Below are positions 38,655 to 50,937 of a stretch of DNA of 64,000 bases, in pieces. The stretch is from positions 26,362,464 through 26,426,463 of the forward strand of contig NC_043011.1 in assembly GCF_006345805.1 (NCBI RefSeq), written 5' to 3'. The first letter of the stretch is position 1; each line of letters opens with the position of its first letter. The notes beneath the pieces are model-generated. The model ran no database searches and was not told where the DNA came from. It worked only from the letters and a program-made list of their open reading frames with translations. The DNA is from Octopus sinensis. Taxonomy: Eukaryota. Both the position numbers and the translations under genes were made by a program.

Positions 38655-39000
38655 TATTTTGCTGCCATCGATCCCGAAAGAATGAAAGGTAGAGCTGACC
38701 TCGACGGAATTTGAACTCAAAATCTAAAATGACGACAGAAATGCCGCTAGGCATTTTTTTCCCGACGCTTTTAACGATTCTACCGGATCGGTGCCTATAT
38801 AATGGCTTCAAATTTTGGCTCAATGCCAGCAGTTTTTGAAGGGAGGTAGTTAATCGACACTCACAGCCCAAGTACAAGACACTAGACTGGTACTTTATTT
38901 TAACGAACCCAGAGAGATGAAAGACAAAGTGGACCTCGGTGGTATTTGAATTCAGAACGTAAACAGCCGGAAAAAATTACCGCAAGGCATTTTTCAGACA
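38655..39000 (-). mobile_element. Two adjacent diverged SINE B copies
   Basis: Two GAAAG.CAAAGT.GACCTCG.CGG.ATTTGAA blocks. Confidence 0.75.
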
Positions 39001-39009
39001 CTCTAAGAG

Positions 39010-39240
39010 CGCTGCCAAATATATAATAAAATTCTTTGTTCTAGCATTACAGAATGTCACACTTCAAGATATCCCACTTATTCTTTACATTTTAACTTCT
39101 TTCTTTTTTCTTGATTCCGGTATCAAATATGTATGACACGCTAATTACAAGACACTTCCTTTCTCTTGAATTTAGTATCAAATGGATCAAATGGACATGT
39201 TACGTCGATTGCAAGAAACTTAATTCTTTTTATTTAACAG
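39010..39240 (-). pseudogene. Decayed RLE-type LINE endonuclease fragment
   Basis: AIDVTCPFD and FDTGIKKKE...KWDILKCDI remnants. Confidence 0.45.
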
Positions 39241-39638
39241 AATCAAGGAAAGGCTTCAGATATATATACTTGAGTTCCTGCGATTTTTGTGTACGTTTGT
39301 GTTTTGGTGAACTTTTGGAATAGGGAGGGTTTCTTTTGTTAGTGAAGGTGGTGATGAAACTCCCTCTCGATTGTGAAGTCAGTTTCTGTCGCTGATCTTT
39401 TTATTTATTTTTGGTGGAGAGCGGTTCCTGTTGCTCTTTTTGGCGCTGCTGCTCTTAGTTCTGCAGCTTTTGTAGCAGCTTGTTGTTATGCTGATTTTTA
39501 CCGGTGCAGTATGTGACGCTTGCAGCATTTAGTGTGGGGTTCCTTCTTTCGCCTTATGTTATGGACAGAAAGCACTTAAGAAGTTGGCATCACATATGTG
39601 GCATCTAGGCTTTTTCCCCTCCAGTGTCAAAAACGAGT

Positions 39639-39803
39639 GGGTGCAGGAATGGCTGTGTGGTAAGTAGCTTGCTTACCAACCACATGGTTCCGGTTCAGTT
39701 CCCACTGCGTGGCACCTTGGGCAAGTGTCTTCTACTATAGCCTCGGGCCGACCAAAGCCTGGTGAGTGGATTGGTAGACGGAAACTGAAAGAAGCCCGTC
39801 GTA

Positions 39804-39855
<52 letters not shown>

Positions 39856-40035
39856 TGTGTGTGTTTGTGTGTCTGTGTTTGTCCCCCTAGCATTGCTTGA
39901 CAACCGATGCTGGTGTGTTTACGTCCCCGTTACTTTGCGGTTCGGCAAAAGAGACCGATAGAATAAGTACTGGGCTGACAAAGAATAAGTCCCGGGGTCG
40001 AGTTGCTCGATTAAAGGCGGTCTGAAACAAGAAAA
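39639..40035 (+). mobile_element. SINE A with small 3' deletion
   Basis: Head and body match the family. Confidence 0.9.
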
Positions 40036-40584
40036 AAGAAAAAGAAAAGAAAAAGTATCTGATTGGGACTCAGCTTTTGTGACGGTGGAGCTTGATAAAA
40101 TAGAAGATAGATACGAACCGCTCCTGAGAAGACTAGATTGAGCATACCTTCCCAGTACTCGACCAGTTACTCTGACGTATCCGGCATACTTACAAGATTC
40201 TCACCTCTTCGTCTTCCTTGTCGAATAAAATATGTTCAGGTAAAAATCATATTTAATACGTTCGAATACACTCGGACGTGCGAAGGTCTTTCGTTAAAGA
40301 AATACTCTCGAGATAAAATTCTTCTCCTACACAACTTGTGTAAAAACACATTGAACTTTCAATGACGTCATTGGATTGCAGAATGCATACGTTTCTGCGT
40401 TGTTATGTTTCACCAGCAATGAATAGCAAATCTACATTTCACAACCCAAAACGAACGATTCGTTCACAGCCCAATGTGTGCGTACACCCCGTCGTCTAAA
40501 AGGAGAGTTTTTTCTTTTTTTCCTTGAGACATTTATCGCAATGAAAGATTTTCCAGCTTGAAACGTTCTAAATATCGCGTTACA

Positions 40585-40661
<77 letters not shown>

Positions 40662-40850
40662 CGGACAAACGTCCCGTCCAGGTGGAGAACCTTTACGCCA
40701 ATGAAACCGGAAAACCGGCCCCTTATGACACGGTATGGCTTGAGAAAGAACAAATAACAACAACACACACACACAACCACACACACAACCACACACACAA
40801 CCACACACACACACACAACCACACATACACACACACACACAACCACACAT

Positions 40851-40891
<41 letters not shown>

Positions 40892-41115
40892 ATTATAGTT
40901 AAGAGAACTGAGAAACACCACCTAGATGCTAGAGATAGACGTCAAATTACTCTAAAAGTCACAATACCCTTAACTATAATTACATCTATATAATTATAGA
41001 TCTATATTAATTTTTACCTATATGGTATTTATTATATGCTGGCTACTGATAAGATCATTAATTGAATTTATCCTTAATTATGTGGTGTGTGTATATATAT
41101 ATATAACATATATAT

Positions 41116-41149
<34 letters not shown>

Positions 41150-41151
41150 CA

Positions 41152-41490
41152 TATATAAAAAAAGGAAATGAAGAAAATGCTGACACAAAATAATTTAAGT
41201 AAGGGAGAGTGTATTTAATTAGGTGAAAGTTCTTTTTACCGGTTGCGCATTGTTATGCTTATCAAAAGATATTTTTTAAGAGAGATAGAGTTCCTTTCTG
41301 ATAGATTTTTTTCTCTTATCAGATAAGAGAAAAAAATCTATCAAAAAGGAACTCTATCTCTCTTAAAAAATATCTTTTGATAAGCATAACAAATGCGCAA
41401 CCGGTAAAAAGAACTTTCACCTAATTAAATACACTCTCCCTTACTTAAATTATTTTGTCAGCATTTTCTTCATTTCCTTTTTTTATATAT
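41152..41490. repeat. Near-perfect palindrome of about 340 bp
   Basis: Arms of about 170 bp centred on A41321 (TTCTCTTATC-A-GATAAGAGAA); differences seen are one substitution and two small indels. Confidence 0.95.
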
Positions 41491-41521
41491 CACAACTCGT
41501 GTTCCACATCTCCTTTTTTAA

Positions 41522-41576
<55 letters not shown>

Positions 41577-42544
41577 TGCATACATATATACATATATGTA
41601 TGTGTATATGTATGTGTGTGTGCGTGCGTGCGTGTGTGTGTGTATGTATGTATGTATGTATGTATGTATGTATGTATGTATGTATGTATGTATGATGGGT
41701 TTGTTAGTTCAGAAGGGAAGAGACAGTTGGAGTAGTAATAGAAGAAGCAGAGAAAAGACACACCATATATCTGTGAGGCCAACGGTAATCGTGTGTAATG
41801 CTAGATTGTTAATCAGCCAAATAACAAAGACACACCATATCACGTATGATATTTTCTTCTTTTGAGAGCATATTAGAAAATATCACGAACTTGTCTACGA
41901 AGCCATCTTCTAAATTCTGCTTTTGAATTCATCTCGCCATGCCAAAGCGATTTATTACGCGTAAATTGATTTTCGTTTTTTCATTATGTTTTCATGTGAA
42001 ACAAAAAAGAAATAGAATTCTTGCATCAGTATTTCACAAATCATTGAATCTAGTTAATGAGCTAATTTGGAAAAAATCTTTAAAATTCTTGAGGAAATAG
42101 TTTGCAGATTTAACAAAATAACTTCCTTTTAAAGGACGACTAAATCAACTAATCACACCTAATTGCGTATCTATTTGATAAATTCCAGTAGAATAGATCA
42201 TTATTTTTTTTTTTTTCATATTCTTATATTTCATTTGATTCATAAATTGCCTCCGACCACTTTAATATGAAATCAAAGAACTTCATGGTGATGTTGATAT
42301 TTTTCTTTCTTCTTTTCTTTTCTTCATAGAACGCATTGAATTACTATTAATACTCCATTCTGCTGTCTCATTAGTGAGAGCCAAACACGAAATTCAAAAA
42401 CTATTCTTTGCTGAAGTCATAAATACCTTCAGATAAACGATATTCATTCTTTTAACGCTAATTTTTTTTTTAGCGAGTCTTAATTTGCAGAGTTTGTGCA
42501 TCATCCCATCTCTTTTTCTCTACATCTCTCTCTCTCTCCTTCTC

Positions 42545-42575
<31 letters not shown>

Positions 42576-42598
42576 CTTCCTTTCTCACACATGCAAAC

Positions 42599-42933
42599 AT
42601 TTACTCTTTTACTCTTTTACTTGTTTCAGTCATTTGACTGCGGCCATGCTGGAGCACCGCCTTTAGTCGAGCAAATCGACCCCGGGACTTATTCTTTTTG
42701 TAAGCCCAGTACTTATTCTATCGGTCTCTTTTGCCGAACCGCTAAGTAACGGGGACATAAACACACCAGCATCGGTTGTCAAGCAATGCTAGGGGGGGGG
42801 GAGCAAACACAGACACACAAACATGCACACACACATATATATATATACATATATACGACAGGCTTCTTTCAGTTTCCGTCTACCAAATCCACTCACAAGG
42901 TTTTGGTCAGCCCGAGGCTAAAGCAGAAGACAC
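42599..42933 (-). mobile_element. SINE A, 5'-truncated
   Basis: Tail and body; head missing. Confidence 0.9.
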
Positions 42934-43261
42934 TATCTTTCCTCTCTATCCTTCTCTCCCTCAAAATTAAAAAAATCATAGCCTACATTGGAAACCGAGA
43001 ATGAATGGTCCTGTAAGCCAAAACTTCTCAACATGAGCGCGCAGTCTTTCTTGTTTCCTTCGTATATCATCGTGATCGCCATTTTATAAATTTTCATCCA
43101 TGTTAAGTTAGTTTAATCGTGATGCTTCACTCGCCACTTAGGTGGGTGCGAGACATAACAGCTAGTTAAAAAGGGGGCACCACAAAACGAGAGAGGTTGA
43201 GCACCACTGTTGTAAGCAGTCATTTCGACCTGCTGGAAATAGAAGCTAAATCTCAATCAAA

Positions 43262-43428
43262 TTCCACTCAACTGCTACTGCCACTACCATCACTACTACT
43301 ACTACCATCACTACGCTACTACTACTACTACTACTACTATTACTACTACTACTACAACTACTACTACTACTGCTGCTGCTGCAACTACTACTACTACAAC
43401 TACTACTACTACAACTACTACTACTACA

Positions 43429-43502
<74 letters not shown>
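43262..43502. repeat. (TAC)n/(TGC)n trinucleotide tract
   Basis: Seen directly. Confidence 0.95.
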
Positions 43503-43503
<1 letters not shown>

Positions 43504-43897
43504 AGAATTAAATTTATTTGTTCTTGCTGTATTTTTACTTTAAAATTACCAGATTTATGTTTTATTTTTAAATATATTCCACCAATAGAATGTGACACTC
43601 TTAACCAGGCCCCCCACTGCCAATGTGTAGTTTTAACGCAACTTATTGACATGCGTGCCTTTTAACCACTTCACGGTTGTGATGCATTTGGTAGCCTGAT
43701 CGCGGCCACGGTAATCGCGCCGATTGAGGTCAAAATTTTGTGCGAGATAACATTCAGCATATATTTGTGTCAACCGCTTCAAAGCAGGCACTGTTTATTT
43801 ACCTTAAACTGTATCACTGTGCAAGACGCCGATGCGGTATTTCTACTCGATAGCATAAGTCAGACAAATTCCATGCATTTAGCACAAGTCAGACAAG

Positions 43898-44590
43898 CCC
43901 AGGGATGGGCAACTTTTCCTCAACTGGGGCCGCATCGTACCATTTCCAAGTGGGAGAGGGCCGCATGATAGAATGCATATGCATGAAATATGACTTAACC
44001 CTTTAAACACTGAATTTTTTGCAGTTCTTCTTAATCTTATTTGTCTTAGTATAAAAGTTCATTTGTCTCGGTATACTTTTACTCTCTTTTACTCTTTTAC
44101 TTGTTTCAGTCATTTGACTGCGGCCATGCTGGAGCACCACCTTTAATCGAGCAACTCGACCCCGGCACTTATTCTTTTGTAAGCCCAGTACTTATTCTAT
44201 CGGTCTCTTTTGCCGAACCGCTAAGTGACGGGGACATAAACACACCAGCATCGGTTGTCAAGCAATGCTAGGGGGACAAACACACACGCACATATATATA
44301 TACATATATACGACGGGCTTCTTTCAGTTTCCGTCTACCAAATCCACTCACAAGGCATTGGTCGGCCCGAGGCTATAGTAGAAAACACTTGCCTAAGGTG
44401 CCACGCAGTGGGACTGAACCCGGAACCATGTGGTTGGTAAGCAAGCTACTTACCACACAGCCACTCCTGCGCTTATGAAATTTTATTTGTCTTAGTATGA
44501 AATTTTATTTATTTTAGCATGAAATTAGTAATCGAGAAACTCGTCGAGGGCCGCACAACAACATGTCGAGGGCCGCACATCGCCCATGCA
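43898..44590. mobile_element. hAT-like MITE remnant containing SINE A (44075-44473, minus)
   Basis: CAGGGATGGGCAAC...GGGCCGCA left end, GAGGGCCGCAC repeats at right; full SINE A inside. Confidence 0.55.
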
Positions 44591-44639
44591 TGCTTTATGC
44601 AATCACATTACACAAGTTAATTCAAAATTAACTTTAGTG

Positions 44640-45197
44640 TGATACGTCTCAAAACATGGTACCATGTTACAGCGGCGTATTACAATCAGAACAAACGTCT
44701 CTGGTCTCTTTTCGTTTCCCTTTAGCTTTTCGCTCAGCACATTTATTTGTCGTATTTGCCTTCATTGCGTTGGGGGATAAACAATCTTTAGAAATACCCA
44801 TATCCCTTCACTATGCGGCGAGAAGAGTGTCCGGCGTGGAAACGTATTCGTGTTCGGTACCTTTGTAGATCTGACACTTCTATAATTCTGCGGAATAATA
44901 AATCTCGAACTTTCAATCCATCCCTATCACCTCGAAGCATCTGCCAAATCAAATGAGAATTGATGATACACATGTCAACAATATACAAGAAAATTTATTT
45001 TATACCATTTCACAAATTTTCTGGCCGATTTGTGTGTCGTCGCCAACTGATCTGAACGATTGACGCCACCCCACCACTTCATTGTAGAAAACACACTTGG
45101 TTTCATTATCGGTTTACCATCCGCATCTAGTTTCCTAGTGTCCTTCATGCTTGCCGAAAGCATTGTGGACAACATGCGGACGTTTTTCTTGTCCCGT
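44640..45197 (-). pseudogene. piggyBac (PGBD4-like) transposase C-terminal fragment
   Basis: DKKNVRMLST...KP...GGVNRSDQ...RKFVKWYK..F..VDMCIINS...PCFETY remnants. Confidence 0.8.
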
Positions 45198-45480
45198 CAC
45201 ATCATCATCATCATCATTGTTCGACCGTGGTCGAGACAATAGAATTTACCATGCTACGCCAGACTTCACGGTCCATCATGGCATTACGGAGGTCCTGTTG
45301 CTGGATGCCTGTATCCCTGGAGATTACATCAGGGTAGGAGAGTGTGCGCCCTCTGGTATTGCGAGTAGATGGCTTCCAGAGGAGAAGAGTAGAAATTACT
45401 TCTTTTCCAGCTCTACAACAATGTCCAGCAAACTGGACTCTCCTACCTTTCACAAGTGTCCCGTCACACTAGAGCGATAA
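45198..45480 (-). mobile_element. RTE-clade (RTE-X-like) LINE 3' end with (ATG)n tail
   Basis: RRVQFAGHCCR...LLLWKP...GR...YPD...DTG...DL..AMMDREVWR* then (ATG)n. Confidence 0.8.
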
Positions 45481-46095
45481 TGCTACTATCGAGGCATAGA
45501 TACGCCATTTTCTCCCATCCGAAGTTTTATCTTATGTAGATCAGGCGGCATGTATTTTTTTTTTCTTTCAACTTTACTTTTCGTTCTTTCGTGGTCGATA
45601 TAAAAAAAAAAAGCCAGAATTGGTGGAACCATTCCATGGTTTGGTGAAATGTCTTTGCGTTGTGACAGTAATAATGACTGTGACGTTCTCGTACCAGGCA
45701 TTATTACTGGTACGTTTGTGGCCTTCCTCTTGGATAAACATCGTTAGTATGGAGAGAATAAGCTTGCATGTATAGGCAGTTTTTTTTCAAAAAAGTCATG
45801 TCTAGGTATGCGCATACAAGTGTAGATCAGTACTTGATTAACCATTAAGCAAAATAAGCACGCGGTTAGGGCATCAAGGGAAGGACGAACCACAGAAATG
45901 GTAAATGATTTACGGCACAAAAGAAATCACTTTAAACTTGCTAAAATGATATTCGAAGTTGTTTAAGTGATTGAAAATATCATTTCGAACTGTTCATGGT
46001 GTAAAAATTTTTAAAAAAACATTATTTTCCCATCTTTCTGTTTCATTTTGAAAAATATAAATTTATTTTATGGTTTATTATTGTTTATACCTTAA

Positions 46096-46130
<35 letters not shown>

Positions 46131-46739
46131 AGGAACCAAAATCTTTTAAGTGCTTAGAGTCTTAATCTCGGCCCTGTGTGAACGTCTCGTCTTTTTTTTT
46201 TTACATACATAGTATATCTAAGACCTCATGACAAAAGTTGATCTGTTTTTTTTTATCTTTTGTTCTTTTTGTCCTTTTTTTTTTGTTTAATTTCAAGTCT
46301 GACTTAGCAACTATTTTTATCAGATCGAGGGAATGCATAATGGTTAACTCGTTAGATCGTACAAATACTATTAATACATTAGAGCTGATTGTAACAACTG
46401 TATTCCTTTCTTTTGCATCGTAGCCTTGTAAGAAGAAACCTATATATAGGTATACCTTATCCATTAGATCTATTACAAACTCTACCTCATCACCCATCTT
46501 TTGCCTTCTAGCCTTTTTATTCTTTAGAAAGCTTTTCCCCACCACCAAGTGGAAAATCTAAGTTTAATACAAACATAAAACAATAGATCGCTGTTTCTTA
46601 ACTTAGGTTGCAGCAATGTAGTCACACACATACACACCACCACCACCACAATCACTACATAACAAACAACACACGCGCACATACATACATGCATACATTC
46701 ATACATACATACAGACAGAAAGACAGACAGACAGACATA

Positions 46740-47140
46740 AACACCAACTCAAGGAATACCGGTGGAAAATTCCTATCAAAACTTCTGTCAAATGTAAAAA
46801 TTAGGCCGAATATTGTTGTTTAGGACACAGGGGCAAAGGTATGTACCATCATAGAGGTCAGCTGCTCTGCAGATATAAATACCTCTTTGAAAATCAAAGA
46901 AAAAGAGGATATCTATGGACAACAGCTTCGAAACCTCCAGCTTCTATATCCAAACTATGAACTCATATTCATACCGATAATAATTGGAGCAATAGATTTT
47001 GTTAGTAAATGCTTAAAGGAGAATTTGGATGAACTGGGATCTACAGAAAGAGAAATCGACCGACTAATTCGTACATTACAAGTGCAATCTGTGAGTGGAA
47101 CAGTAAAAAAAATGCAAGACTTTTCTCAACTTTCAAATGT
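46740..47140 (+). pseudogene. RLE-type LINE 3' ORF fragment
   Basis: RPNIVV...CTIIEVSC...KEKEDIYG..LRNLQLLYP...IPIIIGA; homologous to 5640-6258. Confidence 0.85.
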
Positions 47141-47188
47141 GAATTTGTCTGTGTTATGTATGTATGTATGTATGTATGTATGTATGTA

Positions 47189-47596
47189 TTACTCTTTTAC
47201 TTTTTTACTCTTTTACTTGTTTCAGTCATTTGACTGCGGCCATGCTGGAGCACCGCCTTTAGTCGAGCAAATCGACCCCAGGACTTATTCTTTGTAAGCC
47301 CAGTACTTATTCTATCGGTCTCTTTTGCCGAACCGCTAAGCAACGGGGACATAAACACACCAGCATCGGTTGTCAAGCAATGCTAGGGGGACAAACACAG
47401 ACACACACGCATATATATATATACATATATACGACGGGCTTCTTTCAGTTTCCGTCTACCAAATCCACTCACAAGGCTTTAGTCGGCCCGAGGCTATAGT
47501 AGAAAACACTTGCCCAAGGTGCCACGCAGTGGGACTGAACCCGGAACCATGTGGTTGGTAAACAAGCTACTTACCACACAGCCACTCCTACGCCTA
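47189..47596 (-). mobile_element. SINE A, full length
   Basis: Complete. Confidence 0.92.
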
Positions 47597-47844
47597 TGTA
47601 TGTATGTATGAGTTTTCTTTGTGTTCAATTTAAGTTCTTCTTGAGAGATTTCAAGGCAATTGCTAACAAAGCGACAAGATTTTTTGAGTTAAGAGTGTTC
47701 CCACTATTTGTCAATATGAGATTGAGTTGGTGTGTTGGTTGAACTGTTGATACACACATCCATGTGTGTACATCTATTCTTCTACAGAATCTCAGATGGA
47801 GAATATTTGGCATGCCTTATAAATCTCTACAGCATATATATGTG

Positions 47845-48388
<544 letters not shown>

Positions 48389-48490
48389 GTATATATATCG
48401 TTTTATTAAAAAAGCATAAATCCGGAGAAGAACACACATGCACACATACTTTTAAACATATGTATATATGCTTATAAATATATACAGACA

Positions 48491-48632
<142 letters not shown>

Positions 48633-49046
48633 TATATATGGAAATGTATGATCAGCTGTGACAACAGCAAATATTTGTACAACTGGTGTATGAGAAAGTA
48701 AAAATATAAGCGGTTGTTCTCAACATCGCCAGAAGTGTCGATCCAGCTCAGACGTCTGTAGAAATGGTGAAGCTATGACAAAAGAACGTATTGTGAATTT
48801 CTTACACTGCTTCCAACTCTTAACTGATAATGGAATGGTATCTGTTGTTACTGCTGGTTTTAGCTTACTTCGTGTGATCTCACGTGAAATATTCTTTCCC
48901 TAGGAGGAATGATTGTTATTACACAGAGAACCCACAATAAATAGTGGATTGTTAGACAAACGAACAATCACACATTTAGATCTATATGCAAACACACGCA
49001 CACACACATATATATATATGAATGTACACGCACATCTATATAAATG

Positions 49047-49118
49047 TACGAGGTCTGATCAATAAGTATCCGGACTGTTGCCATAATAACGAAGCTAAAG
49101 CACAACGTAGCTTTAGTC
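49047..49118 (+). mobile_element. Isolated mariner-type terminal fragment
   Basis: TACGAGGTCTGATCAATAAGTATCCGGACT. Confidence 0.5.
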
Positions 49119-49560
49119 CAGTCACGAGAGCAAAATTCGTATATTACAGCAAAAAGTTTCCTTTTCGAACATCAGCAAGCAACTAAAGTGCAGTAAACCG
49201 GCTTGCGTGCAAGCGTGGAAGTTATACTCGGAGACTGGTCAATATAAAGATCGGCAAAGGACTAGTAACAGAATATTCTGCAAGAAATAGAACTTTTATC
49301 ATCGGTCTTAAATTTATTTTCGCCAGTGTGTATATCTTATATATATAATGTATATAATACGAGAGTTTTAATGGAGATAGCCTGCAGTATATAGTACAAC
49401 ATTTTTGTCTCCGTATATGAGCTAAATATTAATAAAATGTGGTATACGATAAAAATTTCGGATATTTGTCTTAAAACATTCAGACAAGAAAATTCAGATG
49501 TAGCACATACGAATATACACATATTTATGTTAAGAGTTTCATGATAAAAATATAGAAATA

Positions 49561-50126
49561 TTGGGTTGTCCGGAAAGTTCGTGCCGATTTATAGTAGCTT
49601 ATCTTTCGACTTATTTTAGAACATGTTTGAGTCCATAAAATAGGATTTGACTACACCTCCATTTAGAGTACAGTTTAAGCTATCTTTTTGTGGAAGAAGG
49701 TTTATGTTCCTATAACCTGTGTTAATTTTGTAACCCTTTAAAATAAAAGATGAGAAAGTTAATTTTCGGCACTTGGTGCTTTGGGAACCAGACAAAAATT
49801 GCTGCAGCTCGGCTGGGATGTGTTACCCCCACCCTCCCTATTTCCCAGATATTGCTCCCTTGGATTTCCACTTATTCAGGTCTCTGCAGAAAAGTCTTAA
49901 TGGTAAAAATTTCAATTCCTTAGATGACGTAAAACGATACCTTGACGAATTCTTTGCCTTGAAACCACCCCAATTCTAGGAAGAGGGTATTTTCAAGGTA
50001 AAGGAAAGATGGAGACGTATTGTGCAACAAAAAGTTTCAGATTTGGTTCATTAAAAATGTAATGGCAAATATTTCGTGACCTTTACTTTCCTTTAAAAAT
50101 CGGAACGAACTTTCCGGACAACCCAA
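49561..50126 (+). mobile_element. Internally deleted mariner (566 bp) with both TIRs and TA TSD
   Basis: TTGGGTTGTCCGGAAAGTTCGTGCCGATT / AATCGGAACGAACTTTCCGGACAACCCAA; remnant LGWDVLPHPPYFPDIAPLDFHLFRSLQ. Confidence 0.93.
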
Positions 50127-50937
50127 TATAAACATAACAATGAAATACGAATATAAACATGAAAAATAAAAACCTAAATTGAAAGAGGCGATTAAAATTT
50201 TTTTTTTAACCTGCAGCCATTTCAGAAAAGTGGTTGTACGAAGTATTCGAAATTCAGCCCTCCTTCCTCAGGATTCCTTTCTCGAGGTAAAATCCCGCAA
50301 AAAGCATTAAGGCACTACATGGTGAGTATTCAGTTGGTGAAAGTTCAGTTTTTGAGTATCGATGAATAAGTGACAGATTTTCAAGAGGATTACCACGTTT
50401 AAATAAGAAATGGAATTCATTGAAAGGTTAACTTTAGTTAATCATGCAAATAATAGCCAATGGGAATATTCCACACTCTACTATAAAAAAATAATTTAAG
50501 ATTACAGGTTTGTGCATAAGTGTTCATTGGATCTAATGATCTAATTGGACCGTATTTTCAAAAAGCTTTTATATTCTAAAAATTATATTTTAAAGTTTAA
50601 GAAAATTATAAGACGCTAAATATTTATGCTTACAACATACTAAAATGTCTGTAATTTTTTGCATAGGGGTGAATAAAGGAATTCTTGTGTCCCCTATATC
50701 TAATTTTAAAATTAGTAGTACTCCCTATATAAATTTTCCTAAGTCCGGAGCGTTAAACTAATAAACCTGTTTGCTGTTTACACACCCGTCTTCGTCTTTT
50801 GTTCGTTTCTTTTATAAATTCCAAATATATATGTATGTGTGTCTGTGTATGCATATATATATATATATGGATTTCTCAGACAGGAACTGAAACAAATCGA
50901 TCGTATATATATGTATGTATATATGTAAGTGTATGTG

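Noticed and set aside
42329-42436. Exon after a strong pyrimidine tract and TAG (RIELLLILHSAVSLVRAK...)
   Set aside because: No convincing donor or partner exon; such tracts are common here.
46201-46548. 115-aa minus-strand ORF (MVVGKSFLKN...)
   Set aside because: No recognisable motif, partly A-run derived (KKKRTK), no splice or start support.
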